A stretch of 61,270 nt of DNA, filler included. It is 4 parts of 4 records of this genome, joined end to end, with 100 filler letters (N's around TTAATTAATTAA, not from the genome) between each part and the next. Parts side by side here need not be neighbours in the genome. Positions count along the whole stretch, not along the records: positions 29,195 to 56,186 come from SRR20825010_3667; positions 56,287 to 61,270 come from SRR20825010_3679; 2 more parts are not named here. One strand, 5' to 3'. The translations under genes were made by a program, and so were the position numbers. The stretch's first letter is position 1. Each line of letters opens with the position of its first letter. The notes under the pieces are model-generated. The model worked only from the letters and a program-made list of their open reading frames with translations. It was not told the origin of the DNA and searched no databases. Of the stretch, positions 48,301-59,625 are shown one piece after another.

Positions 48301-50274
48301 CTAATAATTTAGCAAGTCGCTTAACTTCTCTACAAGTCTTTGTTTTGGTAAAAAGTTCTCTTCAAGGTGTTTCCCGAAAGGAACAGCAGTGTCCAAGCTG
48401 CCCACTCTAGCTACAGGAGCATCTAAATTTTGGAAACAGTTTTCACCAATCCAAGCGGCTATTTCGGCACCAATACCGCCAGTAAGCGTGTCTTCGTGCA
48501 ATACAATTACCTTATTAGTTTTCTTAACCGTAGCTTCAACGGCTTCCTTATCCCAAGGCAGCAAAGTTCTTAAATCCAGAATTTCAATTGAGGCTTCCGA
48601 AGTTGCGGCTAATTCCTTTGCCCAATGTACGCCCATACCATAAGTGATGATAGAGATGTCTTCACCTGTTTGAGCAATGGCAGCTTTTCCCACTTCAACA
48701 GTGTAATAATCATCCGGAATATTTTCGACCACGGAACGGTACATGGCTTTGTGTTCGAAGAACAAATAAGGGTTTGGGTCTTCAATGGCCGCAGCTAAAA
48801 GCCCCTTAGCATCTCTTGGGTTCGAAGGGTAGACGATTTTCAAACCAGGGGTATGGAAGAACCAAGCTTCGTTGGATTGCGAATGGAATGGGCCAGCTCC
48901 AACTCCAGCGCCAGTCGGCATGCGAACTACGACATCGGCATTTTGTCCCCAACGGTAATGGCTTTTTGCCAAGTTGTTTACAATTTGGTTGAAGCCGCAG
49001 GTCACGAAATCGGCAAACTGCATTTCAACCATGGCCTTGTAGCCATTAATACAAAGGCCGAGCCCCGTACCAATAATGGCCGATTCACACAAAGGTGTGT
49101 TACGCACTCTTCCTTCTCCAAATTGCTCTAAAAAGCCATCGGTGATTTTGAAAACTCCACCATAGTCTGCAATATCTTGCCCCATTAACACAAGGTTGTC
49201 ATAGCGCTCCATGCTTTGTTTCAGACCATCTGAAATGGCATCTACAAAACGCTTTTCAGACGTTGTATCCGTTTTAGGCTCAATTACTTCCTGAACGAAT
49301 GGCGCATGCATATCGTCAATTTCCATCTGCGTGGCAGGAGGTAATTCTTCAGCATAAGCCAATTCTAAACCTTCTTCAATGTCTGCTTTGATTTTCGCTC
49401 TGATTTCTTTTTCTGCTTTTGCGGTGAGTACTTTTTCCTTCTTTAAAAAAGACTCATAATTCTCAACTGGATCTTTTTTCGCCCATTCTTCCATTAAGGC
49501 TTTAGGGACGTATTTAGTACCGCTGGCTTCTTCGTGTCCACGCATTCTAAATGTCATGCATTCCACAATAACTGGCTTAGGCTCTTTCCTAATTTCTTCG
49601 GCCAAGTGCTTTATAGTAGAATGTACTTCAAGCAAATTATTGCCATCTACTTTTACGGCCTTAATGCCATAGCCTGGCCCCTTATCTACAAAATTCTTGA
49701 ACCTGAACTGTTGTTCGCTAGGCGTTGAAAGGCCATAACCGTTGTTTTCAATCACAAAAATTACAGGCAAGTCCCAAACAGCAGCCACGTTAAGTGCTTC
49801 GTGAAAGTCACCTTCCGAACTAGCTCCATCACCCGTAAACACCAAAGTAGCTTTTTTGCTTTCTTTAAGTTTGTCGGCTAAGGCAATTCCGTCCGCCAAG
49901 GCCATTTGTGGGCCCAAATGCGAGATCATTCCGACAATGTTAAATTCATTTGTTCCGAAGTGGAAGGAGCGATCCCTTCCTTTTGTGAAGCCGTTTAATT
50001 TACCTTGAAACTGCGCGAAAAGGCGGTTGTAAGGGATGTTTCTACCCGTAAAAACACCTAAATTGCGGTGCATAGGTAGAATGTATTCTTCTTGGTCAAT
50101 GGCATTCACCGCTCCAACTGAAACCGCTTCTTGCCCTATTCCAGAGAACCATTTGGTGATTCTTCCTTGTCGAAGTAGGATGAGCATTTTTTCTTCGATC
50201 ATACGGGGTCTAAGAATTTGCTCGTAGAGGTTTAAAAGTTCTTGCTTGGAGTAACCTTCTCGTTTAAAAATCAT
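48301..50274 (-). CDS. 2-oxoacid dehydrogenase E1, fused alpha/beta subunits
   Basis: GDGASSEGDFHEALN TPP motif; RMRGH; NTPLCE; GPFHSQS. Confidence 0.93.
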   Translation of the reverse strand: MIFKREGYSKQELLNLYEQILRPRMIEEKMLILLRQGRITKWFSGIGQEAVSVGAVNAIDQEEYILPMHRNLGVFTGRNIPYNRLFAQFQGKLNGFTKGRDRSFHFGTNEFNIVGMISHLGPQMALADGIALADKLKESKKATLVFTGDGASSEGDFHEALNVAAVWDLPVIFVIENNGYGLSTPSEQQFRFKNFVDKGPGYGIKAVKVDGNNLLEVHSTIKHLAEEIRKEPKPVIVECMTFRMRGHEEASGTKYVPKALMEEWAKKDPVENYESFLKKEKVLTAKAEKEIRAKIKADIEEGLELAYAEELPPATQMEIDDMHAPFVQEVIEPKTDTTSEKRFVDAISDGLKQSMERYDNLVLMGQDIADYGGVFKITDGFLEQFGEGRVRNTPLCESAIIGTGLGLCINGYKAMVEMQFADFVTCGFNQIVNNLAKSHYRWGQNADVVVRMPTGAGVGAGPFHSQSNEAWFFHTPGLKIVYPSNPRDAKGLLAAAIEDPNPYLFFEHKAMYRSVVENIPDDYYTVEVGKAAIAQTGEDISIITYGMGVHWAKELAATSEASIEILDLRTLLPWDKEAVEATVKKTNKVIVLHEDTLTGGIGAEIAAWIGENCFQNLDAPVARVGSLDTAVPFGKHLEENFLPKQRLVEKLSDLLNY

Positions 50275-50372
50275 AATTGTTCACGTGGAGTGCGCAACAA
50301 AATTAAAGTAAACCCTCAATTGCCGAAATTAATGTGCATTATTTTTATTTTTGCCAGCCTACCCAATTGTAT

Positions 50373-51617
50373 ATGATCCAATTTGAACGATTTGAGTTAA
50401 AAAACGGCCTTCAGGTCATTTTTCACCAAGACCTTACCTCGCCTATGGTGGTGGTGAATGTGCTTTATGACGTGGGGTCTAGAGATGAAGAAGAACATCG
50501 TACCGGATTTGCTCACCTTTTTGAGCATTTAATGTTTGGCGGTTCGCTAAACGTGCCCAATTATGACGAGCCTTTGCAGAAGGTTGGGGGAGAGAACAAT
50601 GCGTTCACTAGCCCAGATATTACAAATTATTACATCACGCTCCCTGCGGAAAATATGGAAACAGCATTTTGGTTGGAGTCTGACCGAATGTTAAGCCTTT
50701 CTTTCGATCAAAAAGTATTGGAAGTGCAGCGTTCTGTGGTGATCGAAGAATTTAAGCAACGGTATTTGAATCAACCTTATGGCGATGCTTGGTTGAAATT
50801 GAGGCCATTGGTGTATAAAGAGCATCCTTACAAATGGGCGACCATCGGAAAGGAAATTGAGCACATTGAAAAGGCGACCATGGAAGATGTGAAGGATTTC
50901 TTCCATCGTTTCTACAAGCCGAACAATGCGGTTTTAGTGGTGGCTGGAAATACTTCTTTGGAAGAAGTAAAACGACTGACAAAAAAGTGGTTTGGTGAAA
51001 TCCCTAAAGGGGAAACCAATGAGCGAAACTTACCTCAAGAGCCTGCCCAAACCGAATTCAGAGAATTGGAAATGGAGGCTCCTGTACCAGCAGACTCTCT
51101 CTACATGGCTTTTCATATGGAAGGTCGAGCGGATGAAAAGTACTATGCCACTGATTTACTGAGTGATATTCTAGGACGCGGCAAGTCGTCATTATTACAC
51201 GATCAGTTGGTAGAAAAGCAGCGACTGTTCAGTTCAATCGGAGCTTATGTTATGGGTTCCAGTGATCCAGGTTTACTCGTGATCAATGGGCAATTGAGTG
51301 CTGGTGTTTCGCTTGCTGATGGTGAAAAGGCTGTATGGGATTTGATTGAAGATTTTAAAAGCAATTCGATTGAAGCCGCTACTTTGCAAAAAGTAAAAAA
51401 CAAGGCGGAGTCAACTATTGTTTTTGGGGAAGTTGAATTATTGAACCGTGCGATGAATTTGGCGCACGCTTGGACTTTGGGAGATCCTGATATGGTCAAT
51501 CATGAAGGCGAGAAAATTCAGGCCGTTTCGGTAGAGGACATTAAAGCGCAGGCCGATAAAATATTAGTTAAAACAAACGCCTCGGTATTAAGGTATAAAG
51601 CAAAAAACGAAATATGA
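50373..51617 (+). CDS. M16 family zinc peptidase
   Basis: GFAHLFEHLMF (HxxEH); NAFT; LESDRM. Confidence 0.93.
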   Translation: MIQFERFELKNGLQVIFHQDLTSPMVVVNVLYDVGSRDEEEHRTGFAHLFEHLMFGGSLNVPNYDEPLQKVGGENNAFTSPDITNYYITLPAENMETAFWLESDRMLSLSFDQKVLEVQRSVVIEEFKQRYLNQPYGDAWLKLRPLVYKEHPYKWATIGKEIEHIEKATMEDVKDFFHRFYKPNNAVLVVAGNTSLEEVKRLTKKWFGEIPKGETNERNLPQEPAQTEFRELEMEAPVPADSLYMAFHMEGRADEKYYATDLLSDILGRGKSSLLHDQLVEKQRLFSSIGAYVMGSSDPGLLVINGQLSAGVSLADGEKAVWDLIEDFKSNSIEAATLQKVKNKAESTIVFGEVELLNRAMNLAHAWTLGDPDMVNHEGEKIQAVSVEDIKAQADKILVKTNASVLRYKAKNEI

Positions 51618-52090
51618 AAATCAGGGTAGGTTTTGGATACGATGTACACCGTTTAGAAGAAGGGAAAGACTTTTGGTTGGGTGGAATTAAGCTGCCGCAT
51701 ACGCATGGAGCGGTAGGTCATTCTGATGCAGATGTGCTGATTCATGTGATTTGCGATGCGCTTTTGGGAGCCGCTAACTTGCGTGATATCGGTTTCCATT
51801 TTTCGGACAAGGATCCAAAGTTTAAAGGGATTGATAGCAAAATTTTATTAAAGGAAGTAGTAGCCATGGTGGAGGCCAAAGGCTTTACTATAGGCAATAT
51901 TGACAGCACGATTTGTTTAGAGTTGCCGAAAGTAAACCCACACATTCCTGAAATGCAAAATTGTCTTGCTGAGGTGATGGGTATTGATGAAGAAGATCTT
52001 TCCATCAAGGCGACAACAACCGAAAAGCTTGGTTTTGTAGGTAAAGCTGAAGGCGTGGCCGCTTATGCCACAGTACTTATTCAAAAGTAA
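51614..52090 (+). CDS. ispF: 2-C-methyl-D-erythritol 2,4-cyclodiphosphate synthase
   Basis: GFGYDVH; GHSDADV; DIG; KATTTEKLGF. Confidence 0.96.
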   Translation: MKIRVGFGYDVHRLEEGKDFWLGGIKLPHTHGAVGHSDADVLIHVICDALLGAANLRDIGFHFSDKDPKFKGIDSKILLKEVVAMVEAKGFTIGNIDSTICLELPKVNPHIPEMQNCLAEVMGIDEEDLSIKATTTEKLGFVGKAEGVAAYATVLIQK

Positions 52091-52768
52091 ATGGGCGAAG
52101 TTAAAATTATTATCACCGAAGACGGTTCGCATTCGCTGTACCATGCCGAATTGAATGAAACTTACCATTCGTTTCATGGGGCGGTGCAAGAGTCGCGTCA
52201 TGTGTTTCTGAAGGAAGGACTCGATTTTCTTCGTTCTAGTTTCGGTTTAGATAAAATCCGAGTGCTTGAAGTTGGTTTTGGTACGGGCTTAAACGCCATC
52301 CTTACTTCAGAATGGGCGGCAGCACATCGGGTGAAAATTGAGTACACCACCTTAGAACCTTTCCCATTAAAAAGTGAAGTGTATGAAGCGCTGAATTATC
52401 ACGAGTTTTTTGAAGATAAAACCGTGAAGGAGCGGTTTTTAGAACTCCATAATGCCGATTGGGAAAAGCCATTTGAGCAAAATGAATTCTTCACTATGCT
52501 GAAAACCGAAGCCAAACTACAAGACTTTAAAATCGAATCACTTTTCGATATTGTCTTTTTCGATGCTTTTGCACCAAGCAAACAATCTGAAATGTGGGAT
52601 TTGGAAGTGATTGAAAAGACGGCTGCTTTGCTCGACTCAAATGGAGTTTTTATTACCTATTGCGCCAAAGGTCAGTTAAAAAGGGACTTGAAATCAGTTG
52701 GTTTAACTGTAGAAACGCTTCCCGGCCCTCCAGGAAAAAAGGAAATGGTAAGAGGTGTAAAGCGTTAA
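52091..52768 (+). CDS. mnmD: tRNA mnm5s2U34 methyltransferase MnmD
   Basis: TEDGSHSL; YHSFHGA..ESRHVF; EVGFGTGLN; FDAFAP; PGPPGKKEM. Confidence 0.9.
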   Translation: MGEVKIIITEDGSHSLYHAELNETYHSFHGAVQESRHVFLKEGLDFLRSSFGLDKIRVLEVGFGTGLNAILTSEWAAAHRVKIEYTTLEPFPLKSEVYEALNYHEFFEDKTVKERFLELHNADWEKPFEQNEFFTMLKTEAKLQDFKIESLFDIVFFDAFAPSKQSEMWDLEVIEKTAALLDSNGVFITYCAKGQLKRDLKSVGLTVETLPGPPGKKEMVRGVKR

Positions 52769-52848
52769 TAGCTATATGGCTTTAAATTTGCAATCAAGTT
52801 CATGATGCATTTTGATAAATCGTATATTGAAGCAGTTTTTAATTCCTG

Positions 52849-53286
52849 ATGATGAAAGCAAACCAATACAGACTACTTAGTTATAATCTTTTTGTTGTTC
52901 TATTTTTATTGGCAGGGTGCAAATCTGCCGAAAAAAATGATTCAATTGAATTTACTGTGAAAGAGGCGCGTGAATTTTCATTGAATACTGAAGGGGTAAA
53001 AGAAGTTGCCCCCTCTAATATGATCAAAGATGCAATTAGACTAAAAGGCGAGATTGAGTCGGTAAAGAGTACTTCTGATCGTGGAAATACTTATGTTTTT
53101 GTAGTCGATGAAATCGTGAAATATGGGGCTACATTCGCCACGGTTGCGCCTGGAATTGGAGATAAGATAAGTATTGAAACCCCCGCAGACGTTCAATTCA
53201 GCAAAGGTGATAAGGTGTTAATAGATGTTTTGACCCCAATTACTAAAACAAAGGAAATGCTTAGCGCTACAATGGTTCAAAACTAA
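52849..53286 (+). CDS. Hypothetical lipoprotein
   Basis: LLAGC lipobox. Confidence 0.7.
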   Translation: MMKANQYRLLSYNLFVVLFLLAGCKSAEKNDSIEFTVKEAREFSLNTEGVKEVAPSNMIKDAIRLKGEIESVKSTSDRGNTYVFVVDEIVKYGATFATVAPGIGDKISIETPADVQFSKGDKVLIDVLTPITKTKEMLSATMVQN

Positions 53287-53292
53287 GCAACC

Positions 53293-56186
53293 ATGAAACC
53301 ATTCTGGAAGGCAGGATTCCTGACGGTAATACTTTCTTTACTTGCCTACTTTATTTTTAAGAGTGATGATCAATGGTTTACTAAGGAGTACAACCGATCA
53401 ATAGCCTTTGAGGCCATTCCTGATTCATTAGAAACTCAGGAGAGCGAGGCTGAATTCGAGAACCCAATCAAGCGACTTCAATTTGAATACGAGATGCTCG
53501 CCAATCCTACTACGGGTAAAATTCCATCAGGAATAAGAGAAAAGGAACTTCGTTTTGCCGAGGCGCAGAAGAGTATTTCAGGATTGAATATTAGGATGCA
53601 AGCAAGAGGTTTAAGTCAAACTCAAGCGTCTTCTTTTGTAAGCAGAGGCCCTTATAATATTGGGGGAAGAACCCGTGCCCTCGGTATAGATATTTCGAAT
53701 GAAGATGTGATTTTAGCTGGGGGGATTTCTGGTGGCGTTTGGCGATCGGCAGATGCTGGTCAAACTTGGACAAGAACCTCTTCTGTAATGCAGCTGCCGG
53801 CAGTTTCGGCCTTGGTGCAGGATCAACGTACAGGCAATACAGGCACATGGTTTTATTCAGCAGGTGAACTTTTCGGTAATTCCGCCTCCGCCAATGGAGC
53901 ATTTTATCTTGGGGATGGTATTTTTAAATCTACAGACGGTGGATTGTCATGGACGGTAATTCCTACTACTACCCAAAATGATAATACTGACCTTGGTGAA
54001 TTCGGTTTAGTCGGTGAGATAATAATTGACAATTCTAATGCTGATGTACGTGAAATGTATGCCGCTAGGCTCGGGAATATTATAAGGACTACAGATGATT
54101 TTGCTACCTACTCAATGGTATTGGGTGCAAATAATACCGGCTTTTCATATAGTGACGTGGCCATATCCAGTACTGGAGTTTTAATTGCAGCAATTGCCAA
54201 TAATGTTAATAATGGGCAAAATGCGCAAGAAGGAATTTACAAGTCTGAAGATGGCTTGACTTGGGTTAATATTAACCCGCCTTCAGGTTTGCCAAGCTCA
54301 TACGAAAGAATTGAAGTAGCATTTGACCCTCAAAACGAAGATGTATTTTATGCTGTAGGCTCCAGCTTTTTACTTAAACATACCATTAGCACTGGAGAAT
54401 GGGTTGCACTCACTAGTAATCTAGGTATTTCTACAGATTCTGGACAGGGACATAATACTCAAGGAGGTTATAATCTGATCATGAAGGTTCATCCTTCAAG
54501 TTCAGACACCATTTTTATTGGAGGAACAAATCTTTTGCGAAGTGCCTCGGCTTTTACTACCAGTTCTGATAGAGTAAATATTGGTGGATATAGAGAGGAT
54601 AATAACTCAGAGAGCTTTCCGAAATACGACAACCATCATCCAGATATTCATGCCTTGGTGTTTTATCCATCAGACCCAAATAAAATGCTTTCGGGATCAG
54701 ATGGTGGGGTTCATGTGACACTTGATAATGCCGTTGCCGGCACGAGCAGCCCAGTAGTTTGGCAGTCTCTCAATAATGGTTATCTCACCACACAGATTTA
54801 TGCCATTGACTATTACCGATTTAATAGAGGAGAAGAACTTTTGATTGCTGGAATGCAAGATAACGGAACTTGGGGTGCAAATGAAAACCTCTCCAATACA
54901 GATTGGGTTGAAATTTTTGGAGGAGACGGTTCATTCAATGCTATCACCTATAATTCATTGTATGTTTCTGCCCAAGAGGGTCAATTACGAAGGTTTGAGG
55001 TAAATGCTGAAAGCAATACCTATGAGTATAAAGGAGATATCTCTCCGAGTAAAGATGATACTGAGTTTTTGTTCGTCAACCCGTTTATTTATGATCCGGT
55101 AAATCAAGATAGAATGTATGTTGGGGCAAAAGGTAAAATTTATTTCACCCATAATATCCGTGAAAACCCTGGGGTTGGAGAGTGGGTTGGGATATCCATG
55201 GGCACCGCTAGAACAAATGATTTTGTGTCAGCCCTTACCGCGTCTATTGAACCTGAAGGAGTACTTTATTTCGGGACACGCAATGGTAAAATATTCAAAG
55301 TAGCCGATGTAAATAGCGATCTTACTCCTGTGGAGGTTACAGGAAGTAATATGCCTGGTGGAACTATCACAAGTTTAACTGTTGATCCAGCGGATGCAAA
55401 TCGAGTATTTGCTACCTACGGGAACTACGGAATTGTGAGTGCTTGGATGAGTGAAAATGGCGGGCAAACATGGGCCTCCATTTCAGGTAATCTAGAAGAG
55501 AATGCTAATGGATCGGGGAACGGCCCTTCGGTACGATATATAGAAATGTTGCCAAATGGATCGTCTCCGATTTACTTTGTAGGGACATCTCTAGGGCTTT
55601 ATAAAACTTCTGTTTTAGATGGCGATAACACCGTTTGGATACAGGAGGCCTCTGGTATTATAGGAAACTCAATTGTTAGCATGATTAAAGTCAGGCCTAT
55701 AGAAGGGCAAGTAGTGGTTGCTACACATGGTAATGGTGTTTTTCAGGCCAGTTATGATGTGGCATTTGCTCCAAATATCAACTATTCCATCAATTACGCA
55801 ACACAAGAGGCAACTCTTAAAGGACCCATTTCCTTTACCACAGGAGCTGGGTTTTCATATCAATGGATTAAAGACGGCCAAGATATTTCGGGAGCAACAA
55901 GTTCCGAATTATTGGTTTCAGAGCCTGGGGTTTATAGACTGAGGGTTACGGATCAATTGGGGCCAGTGGAAGTTTCCAATCCTATTAACCTAAAGTTAGA
56001 TAAAACGGCACCTGTTGTAAGCTCTATTACGAGGCTAAACCCAACCCAAGAGCAGGTTGAAACTGCTGAGGTTAATTTCCAGGTCACTTTTGATGAACCC
56101 GTTCAAGGGGTAACTACTGGTTCATTTGAACTTGCTGGAACAGCAGCAGGTAACATTGCATCAGTTTCGTATGTTTCCTCTACTGT
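53293..56186 (+). CDS. Large secreted BNR/VPS10-like beta-propeller protein with Ig-like domains (3' truncated)
   Basis: GPYNIGGRTRAL; Asp-box repeats (SADAGQTW, STDGGLSW, SENGGQTW); HPDIH; GMQDNGT; ATHGNG; YQWIKDG. Confidence 0.85.
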
Positions 56187-56286
56187 NNNNNNNNNNNNNN
56201 NNNNNNNNNNNNNNNNNNNNNNNNNNNNNNTTAATTAATTAANNNNNNNNNNNNNNNNNNNNNNNNNNNNNNNNNNNNNNNNNNNN
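56187..56286. other. Artificial contig spacer
   Basis: N-run + TTAATTAATTAA + N-run. Confidence 0.99.
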
Positions 56287-56854
56287 TTCGCGGGATGTCG
56301 GCATTCTCGTCCGGCATGTCTCCGATGATTCGAGCCTTGCCGAGGTTGCCGTCAGGGATCCCGATATCGCCGCCATGCTGGGCTACCTGCGCAACAACCG
56401 CCTCACCGAGGCGGCTTTCGTGGCAAAGGATTACGAACGCTGGCTCTGGAGCAAGCGCCGCAACCCGTTTGCCGCGGCCGCCGGCGGCTATGTGCTGCTG
56501 GCCACGCAACTGGGTTTCGAGAACGCGCCGTGGACGGACTGGATCCGCAATCTCAATGCATGGTTTCCCACCATACCAGATGGCGCGGTGCTGGAGGGCT
56601 ACATGTGCCTGAACGGCCCGAAACCGCTTCGCGACTTCGAGCGCGCGGCTGAGTGCTTCCAGAGCGCCTTCGAACGCGGCATCCCGCACTACACCATCGG
56701 ATTGTCCTGGCTCCGGAGCGGCCTGCGGTCGCTTGCGGGCGATTTCGGCCATCTCAGGGATGCGGCCGAGACCGTCTCGCTGGCATCACGGCTGTCGGAG
56801 ACCTCGCAGGTGTTTTCGTCGTTCCGGTTGAAGCGGGAGCAGGCAAATGACTGA
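56287..56854 (+). CDS. Hypothetical protein, 5' truncated
   Basis: Frame open from the contig edge; NPFAAAAGGYVLL...PDGAVL...GIPHYTIGL; stop overlaps the next start. Confidence 0.7.
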
Positions 56855-57932
56855 TTTCTTTACGATCGACATGCTGCCGGCGCGTGAGGGCGACTGCATC
56901 TGGATCGAGTACGGGAATGAATCGAACACACACCGGATCCTGATCGATGGCGGCCGGTCCAGCGCCTATGACACGGTGAAAGAGCGGTTCGACGCCTTGC
57001 CGGATGCCGAACGCGAGCTGGAACTCCTGGTCTGCACCCATGTCGACGCCGATCACATCGAGGGCCTGCTCAAGCTGATCGAGGATCCCGCGCTGCCGGT
57101 CAGCTTCAAGGATGTCTGGTTCAACGGCTATGTCCACCTGACTCGGCCCACCGGAGCCGAGACCTTCGGCGCAAAACAGGGCGAACAGCTGACCGATGGC
57201 ATTGTCGACCGGCGCTGGAGCTGGAACGGCGCCTTCGGCCATCAGTCTGTGGTGGTCGGCGATAACGGGCCGCTGCCTTCCGTCACGCTTGCCGGCGGGA
57301 TGAAGGTCACGCTGCTGTCGCCGCACTGGCCGGCGCTGGAAGCGCTCAGGCCGGTCTGGAAGAGGGAATGCGAGAAGGCCGGCCTGATCCCCGGTGTCCA
57401 GGCGCGTCCGGAGGTCGACGACGGGCTGGAGCGCTTCGGCGGGCTTTCGGCGGCCAAGGTTCGTGAGCTTGCGGCGGCGCCCTACAAGAAGGACGGGTCG
57501 AAGGCGAACGGCTCCTCGATTGCCCTGCTGCTGGAGTACGGCGGCAAGACGGCGCTGCTTGCGGGCGATGCCCATGGCGAGGCGCTGCAGGCATCGATCG
57601 GGCGGCTGACCGGCGGCGGCAAGCTCGCCGTCGACGTGCTCAAGCTGTCGCACCACGGCAGCCAGGGGACCCTGCCGCCATCGCTCATGGACGCGGTCGA
57701 CTGCGACAGCTTCCTGGTCTCGACCGACGGCTCGCGGCATGGCCACCCCGACCGGGAGGCGATCGCCCGGTTGGCGGTTTCCCGTGAGGGCGGGTTTTCG
57801 CTGATCGGCAATTACCGCTCGGCGGAAATGCTCGAATGGGACCAGGCCGCCCTGAAGCGGGCTTTTGGCTACAGCGTGCGGCTGCCCGGCGACAGTGAGC
57901 CGGACGGCATCATGCGCCACCGGCTTCTGTGA
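56847..57932 (+). CDS. MBL-fold metallo-hydrolase (ComEC/Avs1a-like)
   Basis: GDCIWI; LIDGG; THVDADHIEG; NGSS; GDA; KLSHHGS; HGHP. Confidence 0.88.
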   Translation: MTDFFTIDMLPAREGDCIWIEYGNESNTHRILIDGGRSSAYDTVKERFDALPDAERELELLVCTHVDADHIEGLLKLIEDPALPVSFKDVWFNGYVHLTRPTGAETFGAKQGEQLTDGIVDRRWSWNGAFGHQSVVVGDNGPLPSVTLAGGMKVTLLSPHWPALEALRPVWKRECEKAGLIPGVQARPEVDDGLERFGGLSAAKVRELAAAPYKKDGSKANGSSIALLLEYGGKTALLAGDAHGEALQASIGRLTGGGKLAVDVLKLSHHGSQGTLPPSLMDAVDCDSFLVSTDGSRHGHPDREAIARLAVSREGGFSLIGNYRSAEMLEWDQAALKRAFGYSVRLPGDSEPDGIMRHRLL

Positions 57933-58130
57933 CTGAGGCTTCCGTAACAGGGGCTTCCGTCACGGAAGCTGGCGGCAGCCGCCGGAATCCTGCGCCGGTG
58001 AAAGGACGGGAGTGACGTGTCGCATCACGCCGGGTAAACTTTGTCACATATTCGTGTCTTGATTTTGTTGCGCTGCAGCATTAAATCGGAGCCAGGATAT
58101 TTCGGGAGGAATGACCGTTGGAGGTCGACA

Positions 58131-58736
58131 ATGCTCTTGAAGTTTCTGTTCAAACCGCGTGAACCGCAATTCGCCCTGGGCGATGACATCAGGCTGAGAT
58201 ATCTCGGCCCCTCGGACGCGGCCGCTTTCCGCGACCATATCCACGAGCTTCACTTCGAGGATTTCCGCGACCGTTTCAACGGCCTGGTGTCCGACTACTG
58301 GCTCGACAAATACATCGCCCGGTCGCTGAACGAGGCCATCGTCATCGGCGCCTTTGCCGGGGATCACCTGGTCGGCGTGGGCGAGCTGCACACCGGCGGC
58401 AGGATCGAGCCGGGGCAGGGCGAATCGGCCTTCTCGGTGGCGTCGGACTGGCGGCACAAGGGGCTCGGCACCATCCTCTTGAAGGCGATGCTGCGCGCCG
58501 CCTCTGAGAACGACATCTCCACCATCATCGTCATGACCGGCTCGCAGAACCACGCGATGAAGGCGCTGGCGCGGCGCTTCGGCGCCAGGATGCAGTTTGC
58601 CGGCGACCAGTCGGTGGGCCGGATCAATGTCGCCGACGGGCTGAGGCTCGCCGCCCGCAGGCTCAAGGACCGGAACTTCCCGGCGCCTCCGGTTCCTGTC
58701 GCCGATCCGCCCGCAGTTTCGGCGTCGCTCATATAA
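58131..58736 (+). CDS. GNAT family acetyltransferase
   Basis: ESAFSVASDWRHKGLGT; NHAMKALARRFG. ATG at 58131 with GGAGG upstream. Confidence 0.88.
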   Translation: MLLKFLFKPREPQFALGDDIRLRYLGPSDAAAFRDHIHELHFEDFRDRFNGLVSDYWLDKYIARSLNEAIVIGAFAGDHLVGVGELHTGGRIEPGQGESAFSVASDWRHKGLGTILLKAMLRAASENDISTIIVMTGSQNHAMKALARRFGARMQFAGDQSVGRINVADGLRLAARRLKDRNFPAPPVPVADPPAVSASLI

Positions 58737-58973
58737 GAAACTGATTCAACTGTCTTTGAAACAGAGTCCGGAAAATTGCTCAAGTCTCTGAGATGTAACA
58801 GAAAATCGTTCCGGTTCGGGGCGTTCGGCCCGGTGCCGGACAGCCGTCCGGCGGGACACGGTGTCGACGAGGCGGGGCCGAGGCGGATAAACCATTGGGG
58901 CTTGCGGCCCGGATCTGTATAGTCGGGGCCACTGCAACCGGCGGGCGCGCCCGCCGCAACCCGGAGGATTTCC

Positions 58974-59411
58974 ATGACTGACAAGAAGGCCACCGACGAC
59001 CTGGTTTCGATGTTCATGAATTTCGGCAAGGACATGAAGCTGCCCACTCCCGACCTCGAGGCGATTGTCGAACGCCACAAGAAGAACCTGCAGGCGCTCG
59101 ACACCGCGGCCAAGACCGCCGGCTCCGGGGCGAGCTCGATCCTGGCGCGGCAGCGCGAGATGGTGCAGGAGGCGCTCGACGAGATTTCGGCGATGGCCGA
59201 GAAGGTCAAGGGCGGCACTGATCCGCAGAGCCTGATGGCGGCGCAGACGGAGTTCGCCCGGCGCTCGTTCGAAAAGGCCATCCAGAACACCTCCGAGATC
59301 GCCGAACTGGCGCAGAAATCCTCCACCGACGCCTTCAAGGTGCTGCAGCAGAACATGCAGGAAACGCTCGAGGAAGCGCGCAAGGCGATGACGGGCCAGA
59401 GCAGGAAATAG
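58974..59411 (+). CDS. phaP: Phasin (PHA granule protein)
   Basis: HKKNLQAL..A; RQREM; FEKAIQNTSEIAELAQKS. GGAGG RBS. Confidence 0.85.
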   Translation: MTDKKATDDLVSMFMNFGKDMKLPTPDLEAIVERHKKNLQALDTAAKTAGSGASSILARQREMVQEALDEISAMAEKVKGGTDPQSLMAAQTEFARRSFEKAIQNTSEIAELAQKSSTDAFKVLQQNMQETLEEARKAMTGQSRK

Positions 59412-59625
59412 GCTGGACCTGCCACTTCGATCTCACGGGCCGGTGCATCGCGTCACCGGCCCGTTTTCGTTTGCGGCCCTGGCGCCGATGTCGTCTTTCC
59501 GATGCGGTCGACACGACCGGGATGACGTGTCCCTGCGGGTTGCGCCAGGTGCGCCGGGGCGCATAGGGTGCGGCAGGGCTGCGATACACATCGCGATACA
59601 CAAGACGACCAACGAGGAAACAAGC

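Noticed and set aside
48301-52768. E1 alpha/beta fusion, standalone ispF and standalone mnmD as novelties
   Set aside because: All are ordinary in Bacteroidota.
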